Shown here: one piece after another, positions 1 through 10,949 of the stretch
Layout: the number at the start of each line of letters is the position of its first letter
How positions within the stretch are numbered: position 1 is the stretch's first letter
DNA from: Heteronotia binoei
Taxonomy: Eukaryota
DNA length: 64,000 nucleotides
NCBI RefSeq assembly: GCF_032191835.1
Contig: NC_083224.1
Location: 117,924,001 to 117,988,000 of the forward strand
Reading direction: 5' to 3'
Position numbers and translations under genes: made by a program
Notes under the pieces: model-generated
What the model was told of the DNA's origin: nothing
Seen by the model: the letters and a program-made list of their open reading frames with translations, nothing else
Database searches by the model: none

Positions 1-194
1 AGGGGAACTCCCCACGCATTCAAACTCTGTCATTAAGTAACACTGAACATCGTTTAATAACAATATACACTGAAGCAAACTCTGACAGCAAACCGTTAAA
101 TCTCTTCAACTGACAAAAAATGGAATGTTCCATCAAAACAGCAGGAGGGAGCAATTCAGCAGCAGCAGAGAAACAAACTCTGTATCACCTGTCC

Positions 195-800
195 ACCTGC
201 AAATAGTCTTCACCCTTTCTATTCAAATTAGGCTACAGTGGGCTGCTGCTTTAAGAGGCAGGAAGCCATTTGAAGGCTCCCTTTTGCTCTCCCACCTGCA
301 AGTGGGAGGGGGTGAAAGGCAAGCTTCTAATGGCTGCCTACCTTCCTGCCTGTCTTCCTGTCATTTCTCTGTCTCCCTGTTTTCCTTCCTTCCGTCCTTT
401 CCCTTTATTTTATTCCTTTCTCCCAAATATTTACATAACATTCACCTCATTAATTCCTCTCATTCTTTCTGTCTCTCTCTGTCTTTGTCTTTCATTCTAT
501 TTTCCTCCTCACTTTTTTTCTCCCACTCCTTCCCCCCCCTTTTTCGATATCTCTCTTTTGTTCTTTCTCTAATTCTTTCTCTGTATCTCTGTCTTTCTGT
601 CTTTTATTTCATTCTGGCTGCAATCACACATACCAAATAATGTACTTTCAATTTGGGTTCCAGGTTCAATTCAAAAAATATCTGGGGACTTTGGGAATGG
701 AGCCAGGAGACATCAGGAGTGGAGCCAGAAGCAAGGTTGTGACAAGCATAATTGAACTTCAAAGGGAGTTCTGTCCATCACATTTAAAGGGATTGCACAG
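195..800. repeat. Direct repeat A (606 bp), the left copy of the duplicated ERV flank
   Basis: ACCTGCAAATAGTC...GGGATTGCACAG recurs almost identically at 2691-3295, with a few substitution and homopolymer differences. Confidence 0.95.
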
Positions 801-1410
801 TGTAGCAGGAAAAACCCCCGCTTGGTGGTTCTTACAAAGGGGTGCAATGACAAAAGGAGGTCTGAGACGAAAAATCAGGGGAAAAACAGCTTTATTAACA
901 CACGTGTGGGATCAGCTTCCTAGGCATCTGCCTCAAAAGTGGAAGTCTGAACAATTGTTACAGAATTCTGCCTTCTTTTATAGGATTTCTTCACCCCAAC
1001 TGCCAACTCAAAACACTCATGTTCTCCTTCCTGCAGGAGGGTGCCTACGTCATATTTTTAACCACAATCTGAGTTGTTTACCAGCTCTCTGGGCCCCTAT
1101 TAGGGCCTCAACTGCCCCTTTCTTTCCATATATAGAAGCCCTCAATACACACCCACACATACCTTCTTGCTCCATTGGTAGCACCTGCCATAGTTCCCTT
1201 TATGCTTCTTGGTGGCGCTTTCACCCTGCGGTTTCTAGAAAGGGCAATGACCTTTTTGCAGTTCCCCTTTCCTTCAGCAAGCAAAAACTCTTCTGCTTTT
1301 TAAAGCTGCTACAGATAATTTTTGCCTAAAAGCATTACTATATATTTCTAATTCTGCTAAGCCATATATATTGATTAAGTATTTGTATTGATTTTTGGCT
1401 TGATGCCACA
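801..1410 (-). mobile_element. ERV 3' LTR (610 bp)
   Basis: On the minus strand it starts TGTGGC and ends GCTACA, contains TATAAAAG and AATAAA, and is preceded by a PPT and the env stop codon. It is homologous to the LTR at 50625-51234. Confidence 0.9.
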
Positions 1411-1422
1411 TTTCCCCTCTTT
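1411..1422 (-). promoter_or_regulatory. Polypurine tract of the ERV
   Basis: AAAGAGGGGAAA lies between the env TGA and the LTR TG on the minus strand. Confidence 0.85.
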
Positions 1423-2690
1423 CAAACGGAGTTTGACGTTTCATTTGCTCTTTCGGGGTCCGCCTGCTTTTCCACATACTGCTGGCGGATGGTCTTCATC
1501 ATCTCATACACAGGTTCTCCATCTGAGGGTGAAAGCAACTGCTGGCAATGCTTCAGTATCTCTGGTAAGCAGCGGATACATCCATAGATGATCAGGGCGG
1601 CTATTATGAATGTGAGAACTATAACAAACCCATGTCGCAGCCAAGAGAAGTCTGGGAGCCAGCTGGTCAGCCATTGGAATAGGTCTGACCCGGAATCAAA
1701 CGCTTTATCTGCTCCCTGGGCCTGCTTGACCAGGCCCCTGAAGGTTTTTACTCCTGAAAGGATTTGACCGGATTTATTGACATAAAAACAACAGACTTCT
1801 CCCAGGTACGCACAGGCACCACCCTGTTCTGAGAGCATTTGGTCTAGGACCCTGCGGTTCTGGAGAACCACATTAGCAATACTGTCAACCTCCTTTTGCA
1901 GAGTAAACAGGGATGAGGCTGTCTTCTCGAGCCCCTCTTGCAGAATGCGAGAAAGATTTCTAGTATAGATTTGTAAATCAGAGACTCCCCAACCCGGTAT
2001 CAGGGCACGCAGAAAATCTAACAGGCCTGAGCTCTTCTCATAGAAGCTGCGTTTTTCTCTTAAGTTATGGCCTGTACGTGCTGTAGGGTAGCCTAGATTT
2101 AATGCCTCGTGCGCCATTACCTCACTTCGGAGGTGTCCTGCCACCGTCAGGTAGCCCACCGAGCACAGTCCGCTCCAATGAATGGGTAGGTACTTGTAAC
2201 CTATCTTTCCACATATCCAATACAACCCCGGGAGGTCAATATAGATACCGTCTACAAGGGCATAAGAAGCGTTACACATGTTCTTAAAGAGAGTCAACGT
2301 CCTAGGGTGTGTGCTGGTATTGCAGACTTGTAAGTAGGCCAGACCTGTAAGCCAGACGGATTCATGGGATTTAGTCCAGAGCCCCTCTTTTGATTCCTCC
2401 CACAATGTGCCTCGGGTACCTATCTGCAAGGCATAGTCACCAGTCCGTAAGTATGACACCGAACCTGCCATGCTACCCCGTGTCTGCCAGCCGACCTTGT
2501 TCGGGTCTAAAAAAAGGACATAGCGACAATTTTCATCTTGTAAATATCCTACACTTGGGCCACTTCCACTACCTGTGATGCACCAAGGGTATCGTCTCTG
2601 ATGTTTTGCTGCAATGGGGTGCAAGTCAAACATAATGCCATCTCGGCCTTTTACCCGAAAACTGTTATGAGGGTTCCAAGATGTATTTCT
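1422..2690 (-). CDS. env: 5'-truncated gamma-type retroviral envelope: C-terminal SU plus complete TM
   Basis: The frame is open for 422 codons from the junction at 2690 (first ATG at 2633, 403 aa). It has an SU motif PGLYWICG...WSGLC, furin site REKR (2049-2060), fusion peptide, immunosuppressive-domain-like LQNRRVLDQMLSEQGG, CX6CC (CAYLGEVCC), a transmembrane helix and a cytoplasmic tail. No signal peptide or SU CXXC is present. Confidence 0.93.
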   Translation of the reverse strand, partial: RNTSWNPHNSFRVKGRDGIMFDLHPIAAKHQRRYPWCITGSGSGPSVGYLQDENCRYVLFLDPNKVGWQTRGSMAGSVSYLRTGDYALQIGTRGTLWEESKEGLWTKSHESVWLTGLAYLQVCNTSTHPRTLTLFKNMCNASYALVDGIYIDLPGLYWICGKIGYKYLPIHWSGLCSVGYLTVAGHLRSEVMAHEALNLGYPTARTGHNLREKRSFYEKSSGLLDFLRALIPGWGVSDLQIYTRNLSRILQEGLEKTASSLFTLQKEVDSIANVVLQNRRVLDQMLSEQGGACAYLGEVCCFYVNKSGQILSGVKTFRGLVKQAQGADKAFDSGSDLFQWLTSWLPDFSWLRHGFVIVLTFIIAALIIYGCIRCLPEILKHCQQLLSPSDGEPVYEMMKTIRQQYVEKQADPERANETSNSV

Positions 2691-3295
2691 ACCTGCAAAT
2701 AGTCTTCACCCTTTCTATTCAAATTAGGCTACAGTGGGCTGCTGCTTTAAGAGGCAGGAAGCCATTTGAAGGCTCCCTTTTGCTCTCCCACCTGCAAGTG
2801 GGAGGGGGTGAAAGGCAAGCTTCTAATGGCTGCCTACCTTCCTGCCTGTCTTCCTGTCATTTCTCTGTCTCCCTGTTTTCCTTCCTTCCGTCCTTTCCCT
2901 TTATTTTATTCCTTTCTCCCAAATATTTACATAACATTCACCTCATTAATTCCTCTCATTCTTTCTGTCTCTCTCTGTCTTTGTCTTTCATTCTATTTCC
3001 TCCTCACTTTTTTTCTCCCACTCCTCCCCCCCCCTTTTTCGATATCTCTCTTTTGTTCTTTCTCTAATTCTTTCTCTGTATCTCTGTCTTTCTGTCTTTT
3101 ATTTCATTCTGGCTGCAATCACACATACCAAATAATGCACTTTCAATTTGGGTTCCAGGTTCAATTCAAAAAATATCTGGGGACTTTGGGAATGGAGCCA
3201 GGAGACATCAGGAGTGGAGCCAGAAGCAAGGTTGTGACAAGCATAATTGAACTTCAAAGGGAGTTCTGTCCATCACATTTAAAGGGATTGCACAG
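2691..3295. repeat. Direct repeat A' (605 bp), the right copy of the duplicated ERV flank
   Basis: Near-identical to 195-800. It continues into CTTTTAAATGCC, the uninterrupted continuation of the host repeat. Confidence 0.95.
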
Positions 3296-3535
3296 CTTTT
3301 AAATGCCTTCCCTCCTTTGGAAATAATGGAGGATAGGGGCACCTTACTTGGGAGCTCATAGATTTGGTCCCCTTATTCAATCCTTTTGAAACTTGGAGGG
3401 TGTTTTGAGGAGAGGCACTGAATGCTATGCTGCAAATCTGATGCCTCTATCCCAAAGACCAACTCCCTTAGAGCCCCAGATACCCAAGGATCATTTCTCC
3501 ATTAAATCCTATGGGAATTGGTCTCCTTAGGGAAT
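3296..3535 (-). mobile_element. Fragment of an interspersed non-autonomous repeat sharing the internal module of the hAT-like element at 50325-54083
   Basis: The reverse complement resembles 50400-50542 plus 53702-53790 (CCTCTCCTCAAAA..TTTCAAAA.GATTG...AAGGCATTTAAA). Confidence 0.6.
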
Positions 3536-3537
3536 TG

Positions 3538-3900
3538 TTTTCTGTTACCCCAGAAGGTAGGACCAGAAGCAATGGTTTGAAATTAAATCAGAAGAGTTTC
3601 TGGCTCAACATTAGAAAGAACTTCTCACAGAGTGGTCCCTCAGTGGAACAGGCTTCCGCAGGAGGTGGTGGGCTCTCCTTTCTTGGAGGTTTTTTTAACA
3701 AAGGCTTTATCAACAGAACCAGAGCAGAGTAAAGTGATACCATCACTTTGTGTGACCTGGACACTATACTTCTGTTGATACAGCCCAAAATTGCATTGCC
3801 TTTTTAGCTACTGTATTACAGTGCTGCTTCATGTTCAGTGTACAGTCCACTAAGACCCCTAGATACTTTACACACATACTACTGTCTAGACAAGTGTCCC
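3538..3900. mobile_element. CR1 LINE fragments in both orientations
   Basis: The plus strand gives RTRSNGLKLNQKSFWLNIRKNF (CR1 ORF2 C-terminus). The minus strand gives MGCINRSIVSRSHKVMVSLYSALV (CR1 RT). Confidence 0.75.
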
Positions 3901-5325
3901 CTATCCTATCTCTTTAAAATAAGCTGCTGTTGTAGTAATGCCCAGTCATGGTTATAACGAACTCAGGTTTTTTTTTTATTCTAACTGCCCACACATTCAA
4001 TTTATTTATATTTTGAATTTATTTAGGCCTTGATCCAAAAGCACATTTTGTAGATGAAATTCCATCAAATCTGTTCACACTTCTTTTAGTCAGTGACAAA
4101 GACAAATGCTTATTTTGGGTTGCACTAGATGCTCTTTTTTCACTTTTCTGACAGAAAACTTGTTTAGTAATGTCAGTGCTCTAGTCGCTGTGCATTGATA
4201 ATACACATAGCTCCAACTTTGAGCTTCCTTTATTTAGAGCTATACCTGAAACATTTTTATCTTTTGCTATATTACATAAAATGACCCAGCAAAAGCCATG
4301 ATTTTCAATTATCTGCTAGGCCTTTTGACAACAGATCAACTTTTTGCAATGGTTTTTATTAGGTTCCCCCCCCCCCCAAAAAAATGACACTTTCTAGTCC
4401 TCATTTAATAAAATGTATTTGTTTCATAGATTTATAAACCACTTTTCCACCAATAGGTTTGCAACTACTTAAAAATTACAACAAACTAGGATGAAAATGA
4501 ATCCATTATGTTCTTGTATGTATGTATGCATGTGTGTATGTGTGTTAATGCCTGGACCCCTCCTCCCTCAAAGGACTAATGTGGTACTTTGGACAAGGTG
4601 ATGCAAGCAGCCTTCTTTTTAAACATGGTAATTCCTCTAGACTTTTACCTGCTCTGCAAATAGGATCAAAATAGGTCCTACAATCACATGGAATGTGTGT
4701 CATCAAATATTGACCAGAGGCTTGTCTGGGAAAAGTGATCCTAAAGGTGCAAAGGTCTGGCTTTTGGCAGTTCTCTTTCCTCTATTAAATCCATCAGTGC
4801 CAAAGATTTATTTCCAGAAAAGGCAGTACAACTAACCCATTTCCCCACCTTGCCTGATTTTTCCCTACCTGGTTCATCCTATGTGAGTCTTTGGTCAAAA
4901 CCATTTTAATCCCATAACACCCCTTTCTTGTCCTGTCTATTAGAGATCACCAAACACAATAGACATTTTCACATGAACGTTACATTGCATTCACAATCCA
5001 TGGGAAAGCTATGCAGCTTCCCTGGTTCAAATACATTGTTTCATTCACACCATCACAGCATTGTTCTAGCAGCAATCACATCATAACTCGAAGGCTATAT
5101 CCAAACACACTCTGGTTCTTCTTAGGCTTCCTTTTTGTGACTGTGTGTGTGTGTGTGTGTCTGTCTGGATACTTCTTCTTTGAGTGGAATGCTGGTTTGT
5201 TCTGCTCACCTTTCTCCTCGAATCTCTATTCTGGAATAAGTAAATACAGTCCTATGTAAAATAAGTTCTTTTCTTGTCTCTATAAAGCTACTACCTTTAT
5301 TTTCTGAACTTGTATGAGTGCTCAT

Positions 5326-5830
5326 AGAGTGCTTTTTCAATTTGATCTTCTTGCAGTCCAAGGGACTTTCTAGAGTCTTCTCCAGCATCACAGCTCAAAA
5401 GCATCTATTCTTCTGCGATTGATCTTCCTTATGGTCCAGCTCTCACAGCCATACATTACTAAAGGGAATACTATAGCTTTAACTATACAGACTTTAGTTG
5501 GCAGGGTGATGTCTCTGCTTTTTATTAGGTTCGCCACAGCTGTCATCCCAAAGAGCAAACATCTTTTAATTTCATGGCTGCAGTCACCATCTGCAATGAT
5601 CTTAGATATACTGCATGGTGTAATCTGCATATAAACAAAATATGCAGGGTGACAATATACATCCTTATAGAACTCCTTTTCCTATTCTAACCAATCAGTT
5701 GCTCCATATCCTGTTCCGACAGTTGCTTCTTGATCCTTATATAGGTTTGTCAGGAGACATGTGAGGTGGGCTGATACTCCCATCTCTTTAAGGACTTGCC
5801 ACAGTTTGTTGTGATCCACACAATCAAAGT
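5326..5830 (-). mobile_element. RTE-BovB fragment
   Basis: Peptides DCSHEIKRCLL, SRDITLPTKVCIVKA..FP.VMYGCESWTI and MLEKTLESPLDCK are typical BovB RT/C-terminal sequence. Confidence 0.9.
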
Positions 5831-8800
5831 ATTTCTGCTACTTAATCTTAAATATGTACACATATGGCCTGGCCCAACATGGCCCAGCCCAACAAGGTCT
5901 CATTTATATCAGATCCGCCTCATGAGTTTGACACCCCTGTCCTAGATTATCATCTCATATTCCGTGTTAATGGAAACTGGATGGAAGACCATTTCTCTTA
6001 TACCTGCTTACTGGTTATTAAATATTAGCTTGCAAATTAATCTAGAGAGTAAGGAAGAACTAGTTTCAATGTCAGTATTAGATTCTTTTAAACCTGGATG
6101 GGTTTGCTTCCTCATAGATTAGCTAAACTTTTTCAGTTTGGATTGCGACTCTCTTCCGGCCTTAGGGAAGACTGGTGCTTATAGTTTTGTTAATAGCTGC
6201 CTAGTGGTGGAAGAATGGCACAGTCTAAAGAAAGGGAAGTGGTGTCTATGTTCATTGATGTATTTTGGATATTCATATTTTAAGCAATACCAGTTACCAT
6301 ACTATTTCTATAGTATGACGATACCATGCTATCAAAAAAATTTTTTCTTGCAAGAATAAATTCACTTCAACTTGCTATCTTACAGGCCAAGAAATGGAAT
6401 CTAGAGTTTGTATCTGTGATAGTTCCTTGGTAGAAACTATTGAGGATTTCTTTTTCTGCGTAATCTATTCAGATCTGCAAAGAAAATTTCTGGATTCTCA
6501 TCTGAATAAGAAGCCTGTTCACTCTTCTTACTCTCATTTAATGACCCTGTTAGTGGACCTGGATTTTGGTATAACATTATATATGTGTAAAGATACAGTT
6601 GCTGTTATTAAACATACGTTTTTAATGAATATTAAACAGTAATAACTTTTTGTTTTACTGCTTTCTTTTTCTGGTTGAACAGCCTATTGGCTTTTAAGAC
6701 ATAGATGGGAAAATATTTACCTATTATATTTGAAACATTATCTAACCACTTTTTTATAAACCACATCATGGAGTTGGAAGTAATAATTTCAGATGTGGCC
6801 ACAGGGGAATACAAGCATCATCACTTCAGTGAAGAGAGTAAATTAAGTCTATATTTTTCCTGAAAAACTTACATGCAATACAGACTGACATACTGAAACA
6901 GTTGTCTTGTTTGTATGTTCATTTGAATAACAAAAAAGTATCTCTGCAACAGTTTTACTAACGTAAAGATGGATCATATGATTAATGGAAGGAGTTCACA
7001 TAATAGATCTCCTTCTTCTCACAGCATGCTTATCTCTTTCTCCTCCACTAAAAATTTGCCCTTGATGCTGTAGGGGCTGCAAATTGAAGGAAATCTCCCC
7101 TTTTGTATGAATTGTGAATAGAACAAAATTCATGTTGGGGTGGGGTGCTTTCTACCAATGACCCCTTCTTGCTGCTGACCTTCAAACCACATCCCACTGT
7201 TCTTGAGGTTCCCTCAGCCCTCACAAGCAGCTTCTCAGGGGATTTAAGGAAGAAGAGATCTTTTCCATAATTTGCAACCCATACTTTTTAAAGCAACTCT
7301 AGAAAAGAGGCAAACTCCCCCCAGAGAAAGAGCATCTGACTGCCATCCCTTAGATTAGCATTTTTAGTATCATTTTTACATGTGTGTGTGTATATGATGA
7401 CCTCACCCACTTCTGTTCCCTCTGAGACAGAATTTTCCATCTGTTTTTCTCTCCCTTTCTGACTGAGCAGCCCTTTTAATCTAGTTTCTTATTCTCTGAA
7501 GATCTATTGCTGTCCCACAATATCATAGTATGATATTTTGCTGCTGGCTCAACCCAGGAATCTAAGGGAAGGAACAAAAATCACCACTTTAACTCAAACT
7601 TCTGAAATTGCACACAAGGCTTTTTAAAGTTCAAAAATAACAAAATATATTATTCAACAGAGAGCAAAAATGTCAGTTGAAATCAGGGGTAAAATGAGAT
7701 AAATCAATAATGGATTCCGAAGTGAATCAGTGCAGGCACAGATTACAGTTCCTATGTTTCAAGCAAATGAGCGTTTCTTAAACTTTTCACATAGTTTTAA
7801 AAACTAAGATTTTTGTTTCAATGTTTCCTAAACACTCCAGTATACTTTCTTAAGCTTAACTTTTTTTGGTTTCCAGAATGCAAGGATACACTATCCATTT
7901 TCCAGATTCCTTCACTGAACACACCAGTACACTTTCTTGAGTTTTACTGACTTTTTGGATTTCATCAGTCTCTAAACACACCAGACCAGGGATTATTCCA
8001 CTCTTTGAGCTATCTCCCTTTTTTAACTGGGTAGGGAATTTTTTTCTCTCACTAGAAGATCTATCCCTTTTTCTGGCCCAAATACCAGTCTTCACCAATC
8101 TACCCACTCCTCCTGCCAACCTTCCTAGTTTTCCATCCATGCTAAACTGTTCTCTGTCAGAGCTGAACACAAACCAGTCATCACTCAACTCTTTTCAATC
8201 AGAGCAGTCTTAGTTCTCTTCAGCATTCAGCTCTAAAGTATTTTTGATCAACTGATGCTAAACAATCAAATTTCTTTGAGCAGCCTGTCAGTCAAACACT
8301 CTGGCTCTGTAAGGTGTTAACCCTTCACAATCCTCTGCATATTTACACAGGACTTCTGAGCTTTTAATGCGCAGTCTGTCACAGTGTAACATAGGATCAT
8401 TGTAACTTATCTCCAAGTGGTATTCCTGCTTTTGCTCTTCCTTCCTGTTGCAGGATATGTCCCTTGACAATGCAAAACATAACATGAGGTCAATGGGAAC
8501 CAACAGCATGTGGAATTAACAGGAAGTCCCTTCTAAGATGTGACTAATGAGCAGTATATCCTTGTTAGGACAAATTAGTTGGCACAGAAATTGCTGAATA
8601 ATACAAAGATTCCAAAGATTCCATTGACTCCCCACTAACTTACTCAAGACTGAATTTTAAAATCTTAAGCAACAGCATTTCAGCATGACAAATGTTCCAT
8701 GCATCTTTTGAAAAATGTCTCCAAATATTGTATAACTAGAAATAAGTGATTAAACTGTAGCAGATTATTCACTCAGCAAAGATAGTAACATGGGTGGGAT

Positions 8801-9350
8801 TGTTATGAAGAAAAAGGATTAGAAATGTCAGAGTCAGCTGAATAAGATCGGGGTTGAGTATTTATCCTTCTGTTTCTACAGGTAATTTAAAGCTTGGATG
8901 TGGCCATGGGTGTAACCCAAACACTTTTAACCAGTGGCCCTGTGTACACAGTACCAATGGAACATCACACGCTTGGGACATTCTTTCGGTTCATGCCTTG
9001 CTTGAAGTTTCACTGATGGAGGCTATTGGGTGTAAGGCCCATAGCCACAATGAGGCCTACAGGATCCTGGCCCCTCCACCTAAAAACAGAGGCCAGGACC
9101 CCAACCCCATCGCTTACCACCACCAAGAGTTTCCCAGCTGGGGCTTAGCATGGTGGTGGTTGCCAGTGCAGGGTGGAAGTCAAAGGGCAGTGGGGTGACC
9201 CCACTCTTTCCTGGTCAGGTAACTGGCTATGTTCCTCAGGCTTGCAGCCTCCTGGTGCCAACTGGCCATAGCTCAGTGGAGGTGTTGCCACTGCCAATGG
9301 GATGACTGGGGCTCCAAAACCCCTCTCAGAATATGCACCCTGGCTGTCCC

Positions 9351-9738
9351 CAGCGGCGTCACTAGGGCAGGGCCAAGGGGGCCATTGGCCCTCCCCCAGA
9401 GCATTCTCATTGGCCCCAGGCACTGACCCATGGTCCCCCCCCAACAGGAAGGGGCTGGCCCTGGGACTAGAACACTGCTGCTGTGTGTGGGCTGGCTGGG
9501 ATTCTGAAACCGGGGCCGCGCTGCCGCCAGCTCAGCTAAAAGCATGTGGGTGAGTGGGGGAAACTTAAATGCTGCAACACTGGTATCTTGGATTACGGAT
9601 GAGGGAGGGGCCATGTGAAGTGGGCGGGGTTGTGTGCGGAGGGGGTGATGCAGCCCTCCAAAAGGGGTGATGCCCAATGGGGGGGGTGACTTGAATCAGT
9701 TACACCCCAGGGTGCAACCCACCCTAGTGACACCTCTG
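9351..9738. mobile_element. hAT-type MITE
   Basis: TIRs CAGCGGCGTCACTAGGG / CCCTAGTGACACCTCTG, with a perfect 8-bp TSD GCTGTCCC (9343-9350 and 9739-9746). Confidence 0.85.
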
Positions 9739-10949
9739 GCTGTCCCACACTCACCACACTTCTGGGAGGGGGGAGCACCAGAGCCCACAGTCAGGCCTTC
9801 CATGCTGGGGCTGCCCTCCACCTCCCCAGGCCAAGGGAAGGGATGGAGGTGCAGTATGGCTGCTGGGGGAATGTGCCCACCAGGACCTGGCTGGCCCACT
9901 CATGCCCTTCAGCTGTGTTGGCTACACACACATCCTGCCTTTATTTTTGTTTCGCTTTCAAGGCATGAGGTGGTGGTGGGCTTTCTTGAGACACGAATGT
10001 AGTTTTTTATCTTTCTTATGAAGGTAAGATCTCTTTGCAGTCTTGTTTATGGAGCAACTTGCTGGCGGGTGATGGGGGGTGAGTGGCAGATTCAGGGCAG
10101 AAGGCTGTCATCCCCCTACCCCTACCCGTTAGCCTCTTACAGCAGCAGCATTCCCCCTGAAGCATGGAGTTCACTTGTCCCTTCTTCACAGAAAAGGGGG
10201 AAGAGTGAGGGACAGCCATGGGGCACTTGGCTGCCAGGCCCAACTGAACTGGCACTCCCTCAGGAGCAAGGTTGTGCCTGTGGCCCCTGGCAAATCCCCA
10301 GCCACCAGTGAGCCAGGATCTAAATTTTGTTATTGATTTTGTGGCACCCCTGGACAAAAAATCCTACTATGTGCCCCACCAGATTTGAAATTCTGGCTAT
10401 GCTTGTGCCAATATGCAATATGCCTTGATCCTTTTTAGTCTGGCTTCAGGCCTGAGTATGGAAGACAGACAGCTTTAGTGGCACTTGTGGATGATCCCCA
10501 TCTTTAAATGGGCAAATGGGTTGGATCTAGTGCAAGAGCTATCCAGGGGCTGTACAAGAATCCCAATTTTTCTGGCTTTTTGCAGTGAGCAAAAAGCAGG
10601 GGTTCAAACTTTAAAAGGCTCATGAACTGATATGAACCAGTTTGGTTTGTGAACTGCCTATCAGTTCATGGTTTGGTTTGTGGTTCAGCTGCATACCATG
10701 AGCTGAATTGAAAAAGGGATTCGTGCCCATCTCTACCTCTTACTGTAGACATGTAAATAAACATAAATAAATAAACGTACAGAGCGAGGTGTCTTGGGCG
10801 CAGCGGCGGCACAGCAGGGAGCATGGGCATAGCGACAGCACAGGACAGCCGTACCCCAAAGGCAAGATCCACCAGACGAATCCCTATGAGCCCAGCACCA
10901 GCCGCTGATGTCATTTACAGGACTCCAATTCCATTCTGCATTATGACTG

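Noticed and set aside
125-640. ORFs of 100-178 aa here and at 2681-3302
   Set aside because: They translate CT-rich low-complexity sequence (F/S/L-rich) within the duplicated flank and have no domain signature.
640-1329. 229-aa plus-strand ORF across the LTR
   Set aside because: It runs antisense through the LTR and the host repeat, and the related LTR-A shows no evident equivalent, so it is treated as a chance ORF.
5950-8520. Protein-like minus-strand ORFs (6632-6814, 7856-8188, 8288-8509) considered as an endogenous viral element or pseudogene
   Set aside because: I could not recognise any polymerase, capsid or host-domain motif, and stops are frequent in all frames. A blastx search would be needed.
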